Positions 9,210 through 21,350 are shown, counted from the stretch's first letter. The stretch: DNA of 64,000 nt from an uncultured Flavobacterium sp. (GCA_964413435.1 CAYPSB010000002.1:9189-73188); one strand, 5' to 3'. Notes: generated by a model not told the origin, from the sequence alone. Numbers and translations are program-made.

Positions 9210-10028
9210 ATGACGATTAATTGCCTCGGAAACCTTATTGATTTGTCTGTTCCCAAAGTCATGGGAATACTGAATGCAACGCCCAATTCGTTTTACGACG
9301 GTGGCAAATATGCTAACGAAAACAGCATCCTTTTACAGGTAGAAAAAATGTTGACTGAAGGCGCTTCTTTTATTGATATAGGAGCCTATTCCAGTAAGCC
9401 GAGTGCTGAGTTCGTATCTGAAGAGGAAGAAATCAATCGTTTATTGCCCGTGCTCAAAATGGTGCTCAGAGAGTTCCCCCAAACCTTGATTTCGGTTGAT
9501 ACGTTTCGTGCCAAAGTAGCCAAGGCTGCAGTTGAAAACGGTGCATGTATCATCAATGATATTGCTGCCGGAAACTTAGACGAAAACATGATGGAAACGG
9601 TTGCCGGGTTACAGGTGCCCTACATCATGATGCACATGAGAGGTACACCACAAAGCATGCAAAGCCTGACGGAGTATGACAACATTACCAGAGATATGTT
9701 ATTTTATTTTTCAGAAAAAGTAGCTCTGGCCCGAAGTTTCGGGATAAATGATATTATCGTTGACCCCGGATTTGGTTTTGCTAAAACGGTAGAGCAAAAT
9801 TTTGAAGTATTGGGTAATTTAGAATTGTTTCAATCGTTGGAATTACCCGTTTTGGTTGGTGTTTCCCGAAAATCCATGATATATAAAACACTGAATACTT
9901 CAGCTGAATTTGCGCTCAATGGGACTTCGGTTCTGAATACTATTGCCCTGCAAAAGGGTGCCGATATTTTAAGAGTACACGATGTAAAAGAAGCTGTTGA
10001 ATGTATAAAATTAGTATCTCAACTATGA
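9210..10028 (+). CDS. folP: dihydropteroate synthase
   Basis: 272 aa. GILNATPNSFYDGG, DIGAYSSKP, DPGFGFAK and RVHDV are DHPS motifs. Confidence 0.92.
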   Translation: MTINCLGNLIDLSVPKVMGILNATPNSFYDGGKYANENSILLQVEKMLTEGASFIDIGAYSSKPSAEFVSEEEEINRLLPVLKMVLREFPQTLISVDTFRAKVAKAAVENGACIINDIAAGNLDENMMETVAGLQVPYIMMHMRGTPQSMQSLTEYDNITRDMLFYFSEKVALARSFGINDIIVDPGFGFAKTVEQNFEVLGNLELFQSLELPVLVGVSRKSMIYKTLNTSAEFALNGTSVLNTIALQKGADILRVHDVKEAVECIKLVSQL

Positions 10029-10660
10029 AAAAAATCATTGTAGCCGGAATTTGTTTTGTATTGTTTTCCTGCCAAAATAAAGAAGTGTTACTGCCCATGG
10101 CCGGTGAAACAGTAGTGGCTGATGTGCAGGACCATTCCCCGATTTACTTTTTCTTTAAAACCGAAGAAAAAGATACGCTGATTGAAGTCAACCGCAAGAA
10201 TTCCATAAGTTCCACCAATTGGTTGTTTAATATTGATAAGCGATTACCATTGCGTTTGGTTATTCCCGAAATAAAAAAACTTCAGAATAAAAAAGAGGGC
10301 AGCCTTCACAAAAGTGAAACATCGGAGAATTATTTTACTTACACCGATACAATCAAGAAACGCATGGCTTTTTTGCCATTTACCAAAATCAGATACAAAT
10401 ATGAAAAACCGGATGGGAATGCAACCGTGATTACCTTTGATGAAAATAATCTGGTGAGGTATAAGGATGAGGTTTTTTCAAAAGAACAATTGGCGGTTTT
10501 TTTAAATGATTCTTTAAAAGAAGTGCCAACCACCGTTACCTTTTGTTTCAGTAAAAAGCTGAGTTTCGGCAAATACATTCAGGATAAGTTATTCCTCAAA
10601 AATTTAATCATTATCAAAAGAGGTGTAATCATAAATCACAGCAAGGAATACATCTATTAG
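10025..10660 (+). CDS. hypothetical lipoprotein
   Basis: ATG at 10025 overlaps the folP stop (ATGA). Lipobox-like MKKIIVAGICFVLFSC. The track start 10001 is less likely. Confidence 0.65.
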   Translation: MKKIIVAGICFVLFSCQNKEVLLPMAGETVVADVQDHSPIYFFFKTEEKDTLIEVNRKNSISSTNWLFNIDKRLPLRLVIPEIKKLQNKKEGSLHKSETSENYFTYTDTIKKRMAFLPFTKIRYKYEKPDGNATVITFDENNLVRYKDEVFSKEQLAVFLNDSLKEVPTTVTFCFSKKLSFGKYIQDKLFLKNLIIIKRGVIINHSKEYIY

Positions 10661-10687
10661 TGTACAGCCGAATTGTTGCTGATTTTT

Positions 10688-11161
10688 TTATTGGTGGTGA
10701 TAAGGCTCATTGCGCAAAATCGTGAAACCTCTGTAAAGCTGTTCGATAAAAAATAATCGAACCATTTGATGCGAAAAGGTCATCAATGAAAGCGAAATTT
10801 TGCCTTGAGCCTTTTGGTATACTTCTTCGCTAAAACCGTAGGGACCACCGATAACGAATACCAATGTCTTAGTACCCGAATTCATTTTCTTTTGTAAATA
10901 ATCAGAAAAACCGACACTGGAGAAAGAGGTTCCGTTTTCATCTAACAAAATCAATTGATCGGTTGGAGTGAGTTTAGCCAAAATCAGTTCTCCTTCTTTT
11001 TCTTTTTGCTGGTTTTCAGATAAATGCTTTACATTCTTAATGTCCGGAATAATTTCCAAATCGAACTTGATGTAAAATGACAGCCTTTTGGTGTAATCCT
11101 CAATCAGGGTTTGCAGCGCTTTATTGTCGGTTTTGCCAATGGCGAGAAGTTTGATGTTCAT
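10688..11161 (-). CDS. rlmH: 23S rRNA (pseudouridine1915-N3)-methyltransferase
   Basis: 157 aa of SPOUT/RlmH type: MNIKLLAIGKT...FVIGGPYGF...SLSLMTFSHQMVR. Confidence 0.88.
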   Translation of the reverse strand: MNIKLLAIGKTDNKALQTLIEDYTKRLSFYIKFDLEIIPDIKNVKHLSENQQKEKEGELILAKLTPTDQLILLDENGTSFSSVGFSDYLQKKMNSGTKTLVFVIGGPYGFSEEVYQKAQGKISLSLMTFSHQMVRLFFIEQLYRGFTILRNEPYHHQ

Positions 11162-11169
11162 GCGGTTGA

Positions 11170-11910
11170 TTATTTATTCCAGATTTTCCACGCCTTTTCA
11201 GCTTGGAGGACTAACATTTCGTAGCCATTTTTGGTAACCGCTCCCTTTTTTTTGGCTTTTTTGAGAAACTGGGTTTCCTCCGGATTGTAAATCAAGTCAA
11301 AAGCGATGTGTTTATCAGTGAAAAAAGCATAGGGCAGAGGAGGGAATTCCTTGGTATTCGGACTGGTACCCAGAGGAGTGCAATTGATGATAATGTGATA
11401 ATTGTCAAAAGTGGTCGCGTTGATTCGATCGTAATCAATCATGCCTTCTTTAGATTCACGCGTCACGAAGGTGTACAGAATTCCGAGTTTGTCCAATGCA
11501 AACGCTACCGCTTTGGCAGCACCGCCGGTTCCGAGAATCAATGCTTTTTTGTGATGAGGTTGCAATAACGGCTCCAACGATTTCATAAATCCGTAATAGT
11601 CCGAATTGTAGCCTTTCAGTTTCCCTTTTTTGGTAAAACGTATCACATTCACCGCTCCGATTTGAGCAGCGTTTTTAGATAATTTTGCCAAATACGGAAT
11701 GATTGTTTCCTTGTAGGGGATGGTTACATTTAACCCTTTTAAATCGGGATTGTTGGCAATAACCGCCGGAAAATCTTCAATAGTGGGAATGTCGAAATTG
11801 TCATACATACAATCGACCAGATTTCCCAAAGTAAATTTTTCTGTGAAATACTTTTTGGAAAACGAATAGGAAATGTTTTTTCCGATTAGACCATACTGTC
11901 TTCTCGACAT
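11170..11910 (-). CDS. aroE: shikimate dehydrogenase
   Basis: 246 aa. YGLIGKNISYSFSK, NVTIPYK and LILGTGGAAKAV are AroE motifs. Confidence 0.88.
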   Translation of the reverse strand: MSRRQYGLIGKNISYSFSKKYFTEKFTLGNLVDCMYDNFDIPTIEDFPAVIANNPDLKGLNVTIPYKETIIPYLAKLSKNAAQIGAVNVIRFTKKGKLKGYNSDYYGFMKSLEPLLQPHHKKALILGTGGAAKAVAFALDKLGILYTFVTRESKEGMIDYDRINATTFDNYHIIINCTPLGTSPNTKEFPPLPYAFFTDKHIAFDLIYNPEETQFLKKAKKKGAVTKNGYEMLVLQAEKAWKIWNK

Positions 11911-13311
11911 TTATTCCGGTTTTTGATGTTTGTTAATGTATTCCTGAACCGATTTTCGCTCCCAAACAGAAGGAAATAAGTCGGTTATAATGGTATGGTG
12001 TTTGAAATTCAAACGCAGACCGTTGCTCAAATGAAACTTGGCTTTTTCTTCTTCATTCAACATAAAATGAAATCCAGCCAAACGGTATTCTACTTCATAT
12101 TCTTCCGGGAAATATTCTGCGGCCTGCAACAAGGTTAATACGGCATTATTGAATTCACCCAAATCTTTCATGATGTCAACCCAAAACAACCAGGTGTCTA
12201 GTTGGTAATCTCCAAATTCAACGGCTTTTCGGTACCCAAATTCAGCTTCTTCCAACAAGTTCATGGCTTTGTTGATGGTCGCAAATCGTTTCCAGTACAA
12301 TCGGTTTTGGTCGTCAATGGCCAATGCTTTGTTTACGTAGTATAACGCTTTTTGGAAGTTTTTTTGACGTACATAATAATCGGTTATCGCAATCCATCCT
12401 TTGTCTAAAAGCGGGTCTTCATGTACCGTTTTATTGAAATACTTTAAGGCTTCGGCTTTATTGCCCAGTTTTTCATAACATTTTCCTATGCGGAGTAAAG
12501 CATATGAGGTTGGATCGTCTAATTCAATGGTACGTTTGTAGCTTTCAATAGCCTCTTCGTATCTTTTTAATCGTTCCAAAGCTTTTCCTCTTTCCATATA
12601 AGCTCCGATGAATTCTTCATCTATATAAGAAGCTAATTCAAAAGAAGTGGCGGCCATCTCGTATTCTTTGAGTCCATAGTACAAGCGGCCCGACTGATGC
12701 CAGGCAATTTCACTGTACGGATTTCTGTCAATGTATTTTTTAAGATATTCTATAGCCTCTGCATTTTGGTCTAAAAACTCAAAACAGTACACAACGTTAT
12801 ATAAGGCTGATTGGTCTTCAATGTCTTCTTCCAAACATTTGATGAAACTCTCTTTGGCCAACTCCAAGTTATCCATAAACAGATATTCCATGCCCATTAA
12901 ATTGTAAACATCGGCATGATCTTCGGTATATTTTAAAGCGGTTTGCAAAAATTCCACTGCCTTGTCATGCTGATCTCTTTTGGAATAAATATTGGCTTTT
13001 TGAATGAAGATTTCTTCGTTAGTCGGCTCAATGGCGTACAATTCGTTGAGTAATTTTTCGGCCTGATCCAATTTGTCATCATACACCAACATTTCAACCT
13101 GAACTAGTTTTAATCCGGTCGATTTTGGGTGTTGTTCTAATCCTAACTTCAACGCTTTTTTTGCCAAAGTTGCTTTGCCCATATCAAGGTAATGCAGGAT
13201 GATTTCCTCGAATTCCTCAGAGTCGAAAAAGAATACTTTGTTGGTTTTCAACATCGATTCAAATTTCGATAAGGATAAGTTGTAGTCTTCTTCGTCGTGA
13301 TCCAGGTGCAT
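11911..13311 (-). CDS. tetratricopeptide-repeat protein
   Basis: 466 aa with multiple 34-aa TPR-like units (A..Y..AL..DP pattern). Its stop abuts the aroE start with 0 nt gap. Confidence 0.8.
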   Translation of the reverse strand: MHLDHDEEDYNLSLSKFESMLKTNKVFFFDSEEFEEIILHYLDMGKATLAKKALKLGLEQHPKSTGLKLVQVEMLVYDDKLDQAEKLLNELYAIEPTNEEIFIQKANIYSKRDQHDKAVEFLQTALKYTEDHADVYNLMGMEYLFMDNLELAKESFIKCLEEDIEDQSALYNVVYCFEFLDQNAEAIEYLKKYIDRNPYSEIAWHQSGRLYYGLKEYEMAATSFELASYIDEEFIGAYMERGKALERLKRYEEAIESYKRTIELDDPTSYALLRIGKCYEKLGNKAEALKYFNKTVHEDPLLDKGWIAITDYYVRQKNFQKALYYVNKALAIDDQNRLYWKRFATINKAMNLLEEAEFGYRKAVEFGDYQLDTWLFWVDIMKDLGEFNNAVLTLLQAAEYFPEEYEVEYRLAGFHFMLNEEEKAKFHLSNGLRLNFKHHTIITDLFPSVWERKSVQEYINKHQKPE

Positions 13312-13408
13312 AACAGTAGGGTTTAAAATTATCCTTAATAAAATTAGGGAAACGCTGTGCTTTTTTTAATAATTGTCGCTATTGTTGTAAACAATTTAAT
13401 TAACAATT

Positions 13409-13502
13409 GATTTGTGATTGATGATTAACGATTTTTGATTTTAGAAGTAAAAAAATCTGCAATCTTAATTCGTTAATCTTAATTCTTCATTCATCAATTC
13501 AT
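13409..13502. repeat. two period-7 blocks (GATTnnn x5; AAT/ATTCnnn x6)
   Basis: GATT at 13409, 13416, 13423, 13430 and 13437. Then aatctta attcgtt aatctta attcttc attcatc aattcat at 13461-13502. Confidence 0.8.
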
Positions 13503-14670
13503 CCATTGCCTGGATGATGATGGCACAACCTTCTCTGATTTCGTCTTCGGATAGGGTTAATGGGGGAGTAATTCTGATGGCACAACCTTCAAACAACAAC
13601 CAAAATAAAATCAATCCTTTATCCTGACATTTAAAAATTACTTTGTTGGTAATTTCGGGGTCGTCGGTCATGGCTGCAAGCATCAGTCCTTTTCCTCTGA
13701 CTTCCTTTATCAAAGGATGTACCAATAACTCCCGGAACAGTTTTTCTTTGGCTAAAGATTGCGAAATGTAGTCTTTTTCGAGAATTTCTTCCAAAGTAGC
13801 CAAACAAGCTGCCGCAATGACAGGATGTCCGCCAAAAGTGGTAATATGGCCTAATTTCGGATCATGGCTCAATAAATCCATGTATTTTTCGTTGGCAATA
13901 AAACCGCCAACAGGCATACCGCCTGCCATGCCTTTTCCTATTATGACAACATCGGGAACAACGTTGTAGTTTTCGTAACCGAATAGCTTTCCGGTTCTTC
14001 CGAATCCGGGTTGAATTTCATCAACAATCAATAACGCACCAACTTCCTCACAACGTTTTTTGACCTTGGCCAAAAAGTCATTTTTGGGTTCGATGAATCC
14101 CGCTCCGCCTTGAATGCTTTCCAAAATGATTCCGGCTGTTTTGGTGGTTATTTTTTGAATATCGGCCTCATTGTTAAAGGTGATAAAATCCACATCGGGA
14201 ATCAACGGGCGAAAGATTTGTTTGCGTTCTTCAAACCCCATCACACTCATAGAGCCCATAGTGTTACCGTGATAGGCATTGTGACAGGAAATCAGTTGGC
14301 TTCTGCCGGTTACACGACGAGCCAATTTTAATGCGCCTTCAGTAGCTTCGGTTCCCGAGTTAACCAAGTACACTTTATTCAGTGTAGGATGAAGATGTTC
14401 AACCAGTAACTTACAATAAGCTACTGCCGGATGTTGTGCATATTCGCCATAAACCATGACGTGGGAATATTTGTCTAACTGGTCTTTGATGGCTTGATTT
14501 ACCCTCTGGTTTTGATGTCCTAAACTACAGGCGGAAACTCCGGCCACAAAGTCGAGGTATTTTTTGTTGTTGGTATCGTAAATGTAGGAGCCCTTTGCAT
14601 ATGAAACTTCCATTCCCAGCGGATAGGGAGAGGTTTGGGCTTGGTATTTTAAAAAATCTTCTTTCATCAT
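13465..14670 (-). CDS. class III (PLP-dependent) aminotransferase
   Basis: About 400 aa. SGTEATEGALKLAR, LLIVDEIQPGFGRTGK and the TTFGGHP region are class-III aminotransferase motifs. Start ATG 14670 or 14667; track GTG 14676. Confidence 0.85.
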   Translation of the reverse strand: MMKEDFLKYQAQTSPYPLGMEVSYAKGSYIYDTNNKKYLDFVAGVSACSLGHQNQRVNQAIKDQLDKYSHVMVYGEYAQHPAVAYCKLLVEHLHPTLNKVYLVNSGTEATEGALKLARRVTGRSQLISCHNAYHGNTMGSMSVMGFEERKQIFRPLIPDVDFITFNNEADIQKITTKTAGIILESIQGGAGFIEPKNDFLAKVKKRCEEVGALLIVDEIQPGFGRTGKLFGYENYNVVPDVVIIGKGMAGGMPVGGFIANEKYMDLLSHDPKLGHITTFGGHPVIAAACLATLEEILEKDYISQSLAKEKLFRELLVHPLIKEVRGKGLMLAAMTDDPEITNKVIFKCQDKGLILFWLLFEGCAIRITPPLTLSEDEIREGCAIIIQAMDELMNEELRLTN

Positions 14671-14672
14671 TA

Positions 14673-16319
14673 TCACTTCACTACCGGTTTAGGGTTGTTT
14701 TTGTCGTAATCCAACGTTTCTTTTCGCGGAGCCAATGGCTTATCTTCTTTGGCCATTTCTGTCTTTCTTTGGGCTTGTATTTTGGCGTCCAATTCGTTTT
14801 CCTCAGGAGGAAAAATGTCATCTTTGGATTTTATGCGTTCGTCTCCGCGCCAAATGAATCCCCTCAGCTTACGGGCGTTTTCGGGTAAATCTTTTTCGGG
14901 GTAAATATCTCCGTCAACAGTATTGAAAAAAGTAATGGTGTCAATAGTGTTTTTGTCCAAAGTCATGTTGATTTTACTGCTCACATTTTTATTGATACCA
15001 ATCAGTTCATGTTGATCGTTTCGCATGTAGTACACCACTTCTGTGTTCTTGATGACATCTACTTCATAAAGTTTGTTGTCTCTGAATTTTCCGTACAGAT
15101 TTTGCCCTTTTACTTGATTGTAACCGGTGCCTAAAGTATCCTTAGAAACAATAAACGCGTTGTTCAATACTTTGAGCGAGTCAAGTTTTTCGGTCTTGTT
15201 GTTGCCAATGAGATGCATTACATCTCCGGTCATTTGGTTGTCATAATTCCAAAGAATGGGCTTTCCAATGAGCTTGGTTAAGGCTTTCTTTTGGTCAGAA
15301 TGGATGGAATCACATTTTCCACTCATGTCTGTTTTGTAAAAGCGCACATTGTTGAATCCGCGTACAATGCGTTCGCCGGGTTTTCCGGTAATGAGCATTT
15401 TTTTACCGTGAACGTACATCGAGTCTTGTTCAACCAAAGTAATAGCCACGGCTCTTTTGGTAATCATGATAGAATCGGTTTGCTTTTTAAGGTTGCGGAA
15501 AATTTCGGCGTAATGTCCCTTAATAAGCCCTTTGTTGATAGAATCGGTGATTTTTACATTATTAGTTGCTGAGGCGTATTCGCGGTTTCGGTCGTAATAT
15601 AAACTGTCTCCTTCAATCCGCCGGTCTTTGTATTTAATGTAAGATTTACGCAGAAAATGCGCTAAGTTTTTCTTGGTGTCATAAAACCCTTTTTCGGTAT
15701 AAATGTAATTTTCTTTGCTGGTTATGGTTGAAGGTCCAAACAAATAAGAATGCCCCGAATTGGTGTAATAATCCAAATGATTAGACTTGATGGTGTATTT
15801 AGGATTAGTGATGGTAACGGCCGTCAGAAACCGAAATTTTTTCTCCTTGGCATAATAGCGGCCCGACTTGCTTTTCAGCGTGTTTTCCTTATTGGTGATG
15901 GTTCCGAAGGTGTTGTAAAAAGCTTCCTGTACATTTCGGTCAAAGTTGATGGTGTCGGTTACCAACGTGGCTTCAGGTGAGCGCATGACCACATTTCCGG
16001 TAGCAAAAGCCTGCTTTACTTTGCCATTGTATTCGGCGTATTTACTGTTTAAAAAAAGGGTATCACCTTGAACCATTTGTACATCGCCAAATGCTTTGAT
16101 GTAGTTTTCCTTTTGAAAAAAATAAGCCTTATTACAGGTAAAAACTACGCCTTCATGACTCACTCTCACATTGCCGCGTAACAACAAGGCATCCGGGATC
16201 TCGGTTTGGTTGATATCTGAAAAATCGGCATACTCAACGTTTATTTGTGATGATTTTTGGGCGGAAACACCGTGAATCAATCCGAGTACTAATCCGAAGC
16301 AAAAAAATAACTTTCTCAA
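14673..16319 (-). CDS. OstA/LptD-N-terminal-like periplasmic protein
   Basis: 548 aa. Signal peptide MRKLFFCFGLVLGLIHGVSAQ. Repetitive beta-jellyroll-like segments typical of Bacteroidetes OstA-like proteins. Confidence 0.7.
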   Translation of the reverse strand: MRKLFFCFGLVLGLIHGVSAQKSSQINVEYADFSDINQTEIPDALLLRGNVRVSHEGVVFTCNKAYFFQKENYIKAFGDVQMVQGDTLFLNSKYAEYNGKVKQAFATGNVVMRSPEATLVTDTINFDRNVQEAFYNTFGTITNKENTLKSKSGRYYAKEKKFRFLTAVTITNPKYTIKSNHLDYYTNSGHSYLFGPSTITSKENYIYTEKGFYDTKKNLAHFLRKSYIKYKDRRIEGDSLYYDRNREYASATNNVKITDSINKGLIKGHYAEIFRNLKKQTDSIMITKRAVAITLVEQDSMYVHGKKMLITGKPGERIVRGFNNVRFYKTDMSGKCDSIHSDQKKALTKLIGKPILWNYDNQMTGDVMHLIGNNKTEKLDSLKVLNNAFIVSKDTLGTGYNQVKGQNLYGKFRDNKLYEVDVIKNTEVVYYMRNDQHELIGINKNVSSKINMTLDKNTIDTITFFNTVDGDIYPEKDLPENARKLRGFIWRGDERIKSKDDIFPPEENELDAKIQAQRKTEMAKEDKPLAPRKETLDYDKNNPKPVVK

Positions 16320-16335
16320 AGGGTTGAATTTTGGG

Positions 16336-16343
16336 CAAATTTA
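16336..16343 (-). promoter_or_regulatory. -7 box (TAAATTTG on minus) for the OstA-like operon
   Basis: CAAATTTA on the plus strand, 17 nt upstream of start 16319. Confidence 0.5.
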
Positions 16344-16633
16344 TGAAAATAGCAACAATGATGGTGGCAATTAAGAATTATTTATCAAACCTGGTGCTCA
16401 AATTCAATCTCTCTTTATTCTGTTTGTTTGGCAGGGTTTAGTGCAGCCAAATGAGCACTGTTTTTTTGAATTTCAAACGAAATCACTTTATTTTTAAATC
16501 AAAAATTTCATATTTTACTTTTTTTATTTATTTATGTTTTAAATTTAAACTATTTTGTCTTTTTTGATTTTTATAATAAATCTAATGTTTCATTTTTGCT
16601 TCATAAAATAAATGATTTTAAGGTTCAAAAGGT

Positions 16634-18250
16634 ATGTGTGGAATATTAGCCATTATAGGAAAAGGTAAAGACGAGCAGTTGGTTAAGCAGCTTTCAAAAA
16701 GGATGTCACATCGTGGCCCGGACGAGAGCGACATGCATATCACAGAAAACGGACATATATTAAGTCACGAACGTTTGTCTATTATTGATTTACATTCGGG
16801 CAAACAACCTATTCAGGGGTGTTCTTCTGCTTGGATGGTTCACAATGGGGAAATTTACAATCATCAGGAGTTGAGGGATACAGTTTTAAAAGACCATGTG
16901 TTTCGTTCCAAATCAGACTCTGAAGTTATAGTGCATTTATATGAAAAATTCGGTTATAATTTCGTGCATTTATTAGATGGTGACTTTGCTTTTGTAGTCG
17001 TTGACGGAGATGACTACATTGCAGGTCGCGATCCTTTGGGAGTAAAGCCGCTTTATTATGGTGTTGACGACCGGGGCAGAATGTATTTTGCCTCAGAAAT
17101 GAAACCCATTGCTGATCAGTGTAAAACATTTTCGACGTTTCCTCCGGGGCATTATTACACGGCAGAAACCGGATTTGTGAAGTATTATCAACCGGAGTAT
17201 GAAGATGTTAAAAAATGCAACGATGAGGTTGATTATGTGTTGTTAAGAGAAGCTTTGACAGAGGCTACCCGCAAACGGTTGATGAGTGATGTGCCTATAG
17301 GGGTGTTGCTTTCGGGTGGGTTGGATTCGTCTCTGACTTCCTCAATTGCCGCCCGTTTGTTGAAAGAAAAAGGAAAAGAACTGCATTCCTTTTCTATAGG
17401 ACTCGATAAAGAAGCTCCAGATGCTGTTGCTGCTCGTAAGGTGGCCGATTTTTTGGGGACTACTCATCACGAAGTTCATTTTACCATAGAGCAGGGAATC
17501 GCCATTTTGGAAAAGCTGATTTGGCATCTCGAAACGTATGATGTTACATCAGTAAGAGCGAGTACTCCAATGTACTTCTTGTCTAAGGCTATCACCGATT
17601 TGGGTATTAAAGTAGTGCTTTCCGGCGAAGGGGCTGATGAGGTTTTTGGGGGCTATTTGTATTTCAGAAATGCACCAAGCACTGAAGATTTTACCAAAGA
17701 AACCATTGAAAGAGTTCAGAAACTATTTACCGCCGATTTATTGCGTGCCGATAAGTCAACGATGGCACATGGATTGGAGGCTAGAGTACCGTTTTTAGAC
17801 AAAGCTTTTCTGGAAGTAGCTATGAAAATAAAAGGCGAAGAAAAATTGCCTAAAACATACGAAGGAAAAGAAAAATACATTTTAAGAAAAGCCTTTGACA
17901 CGCCAAATGATCCTTACCTTCCGGATGAAGTGTTGTGGCGCCAAAAAGAGCAGTTTTCAGACGGAGTAGGCTATAATTGGATAGATACTTTGATTGAGTA
18001 TTGCGCCTCTCAGGTAACCGATGAGCAAATGGCAGGAGCGTCAAAACAGTTTCCTTACAATACACCGGCTACCAAAGAAGCTTATTATTACAGAACCATC
18101 TTCCATAAATATTATCCACAGCTTAGTGCGGCGCAAACCGTGCGCAAATGGATACCAAAATGGCAGGAAAATCAAGATCCGAGCGGAAGAGCCAATGCAG
18201 CTCACGTTAAAGCGGATGTTGAAATCGCAAAGTCAAGTGTAATTGCTTGA
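16634..18250 (+). CDS. asnB: asparagine synthase (glutamine-hydrolysing)
   Basis: 538 aa. N-terminal MCGILAIIG (Cys2 Ntn nucleophile) and PP-loop LLSGGLDSS. Confidence 0.93.
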   Translation: MCGILAIIGKGKDEQLVKQLSKRMSHRGPDESDMHITENGHILSHERLSIIDLHSGKQPIQGCSSAWMVHNGEIYNHQELRDTVLKDHVFRSKSDSEVIVHLYEKFGYNFVHLLDGDFAFVVVDGDDYIAGRDPLGVKPLYYGVDDRGRMYFASEMKPIADQCKTFSTFPPGHYYTAETGFVKYYQPEYEDVKKCNDEVDYVLLREALTEATRKRLMSDVPIGVLLSGGLDSSLTSSIAARLLKEKGKELHSFSIGLDKEAPDAVAARKVADFLGTTHHEVHFTIEQGIAILEKLIWHLETYDVTSVRASTPMYFLSKAITDLGIKVVLSGEGADEVFGGYLYFRNAPSTEDFTKETIERVQKLFTADLLRADKSTMAHGLEARVPFLDKAFLEVAMKIKGEEKLPKTYEGKEKYILRKAFDTPNDPYLPDEVLWRQKEQFSDGVGYNWIDTLIEYCASQVTDEQMAGASKQFPYNTPATKEAYYYRTIFHKYYPQLSAAQTVRKWIPKWQENQDPSGRANAAHVKADVEIAKSSVIA

Positions 18251-18282
18251 GTTTAGTTTGAAGTTTAGTTTGTTTGTTAAAG

Positions 18283-18314
18283 AACGTCTGTCATTTTTGA
18301 TAGGCGTTTTTTTT
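18283..18314 (+). terminator. rho-independent terminator after asnB
   Basis: aacgtctgtca-tttt-tgataggcgtt (11 bp including 2 G-U pairs), then a T-run. Confidence 0.7.
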
Positions 18315-18391
18315 GTTGAAATATTGCCGAAAATGTTAATAACTTAAGGCTTTTAACATTGTTTTGGGATAGGAAATGAGGCGCGTTTTCA

Positions 18392-18399
18392 TATATTTG
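18392..18399 (+). promoter_or_regulatory. -7 box (TATATTTG) for gyrB
   Basis: 37 nt before the ATG at 18437. Confidence 0.55.
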
Positions 18400-18430
18400 C
18401 GTGTTAGACAAAAAATACATTTTACGATAA

Positions 18431-20377
<1,947 letters not shown>

Positions 20378-20414
20378 AAATTAAATAACATAACAAATAT
20401 AAATTTACAAAAAA

Positions 20415-21350
20415 ATGAAAGTTACGATTGTAGGAGCTGGAAATGTTGGGGCAACATGCGCTGATGTGATGGCTTACAGAGGAATTGCAAGCGAGATTGT
20501 TCTTTTGGATATCAGAGAAGGTTTTGCAGAAGGAAAAGCGTTGGACATCATGCAGTGTGCTACCAATACCGGGTTCAATACCAAATTGACCGGTGTTACC
20601 AATGATTATTCAAAAACAGCCGGAAGCGATGTGGTGGTAATCACCTCAGGAATTCCGAGAAAGCCGGGAATGACCCGTGAGGAGTTGATTGGAATCAATG
20701 CCGGTATTGTGAAGTCGGTTGCAGAAAACCTGTTACAACATTCTCCTGATGCTATCTTCGTAATTGTTTCTAATCCTATGGATACGATGACATATTTGGC
20801 ATTCAAATCATTAGGATTGCCTAAAAACAGAATCATTGGTATGGGTGGTGCTTTAGATAGTTCTCGTTTCAGAACGTATTTGTCTTTGGCTTTGAATAAA
20901 CCGGCGAATGATATTTCGGCTATGGTTATCGGTGGTCACGGCGATACTACTATGATTCCGTTAACACGTTTGGCCTCATACAACGGAATTCCGGTTTCTC
21001 AGTTTTTATCCGAAGAACAATTGGCTAAAGTAGCAGCAGATACGATGGTGGGAGGTGCTACACTTACGGCTTTATTGGGGACTTCGGCATGGTACGCGCC
21101 GGGAGCTTCAGTAGCGTATTTGGTTGATAGTATTTTAAACGATCAAAGAAAGATGATTGCTTGTTCGGTATTTGTAGAAGGCGAATACGGACAAAATGAT
21201 ATTTGCATCGGGGTGCCATGTATCATTGGTAAAAACGGTGTGGAAGAAATTGTGGATGTAAAATTAAACGAGGCTGAAAAAGCATTATTTGCTAAAAGTG
21301 CCGATGCAGTTAGAAGCATGAACGATGCTTTGGCAACCGTTTTGGGATAA
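20415..21350 (+). CDS. mdh: malate dehydrogenase
   Basis: 311 aa. MKVTIVGAGNVGA Rossmann motif and IGGHGDTTMIP of the LDH-like MDH family. Confidence 0.92.
   Translation: MKVTIVGAGNVGATCADVMAYRGIASEIVLLDIREGFAEGKALDIMQCATNTGFNTKLTGVTNDYSKTAGSDVVVITSGIPRKPGMTREELIGINAGIVKSVAENLLQHSPDAIFVIVSNPMDTMTYLAFKSLGLPKNRIIGMGGALDSSRFRTYLSLALNKPANDISAMVIGGHGDTTMIPLTRLASYNGIPVSQFLSEEQLAKVAADTMVGGATLTALLGTSAWYAPGASVAYLVDSILNDQRKMIACSVFVEGEYGQNDICIGVPCIIGKNGVEEIVDVKLNEAEKALFAKSADAVRSMNDALATVLG

Noticed and set aside
16320-16633. The AT-rich 314-bp spacer as a replication origin.
   Set aside because: I saw no cluster of DnaA-box-like 9-mers and there is no dnaA/dnaN context. A divergent promoter region is sufficient explanation.
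18251-18276. A direct repeat gtttagtttg aa gtttagtttg just after asnB.
   Set aside because: It is only two 10-nt copies in low-complexity T/G-rich DNA ahead of the terminator. It is most likely chance or slippage, with no further structure.
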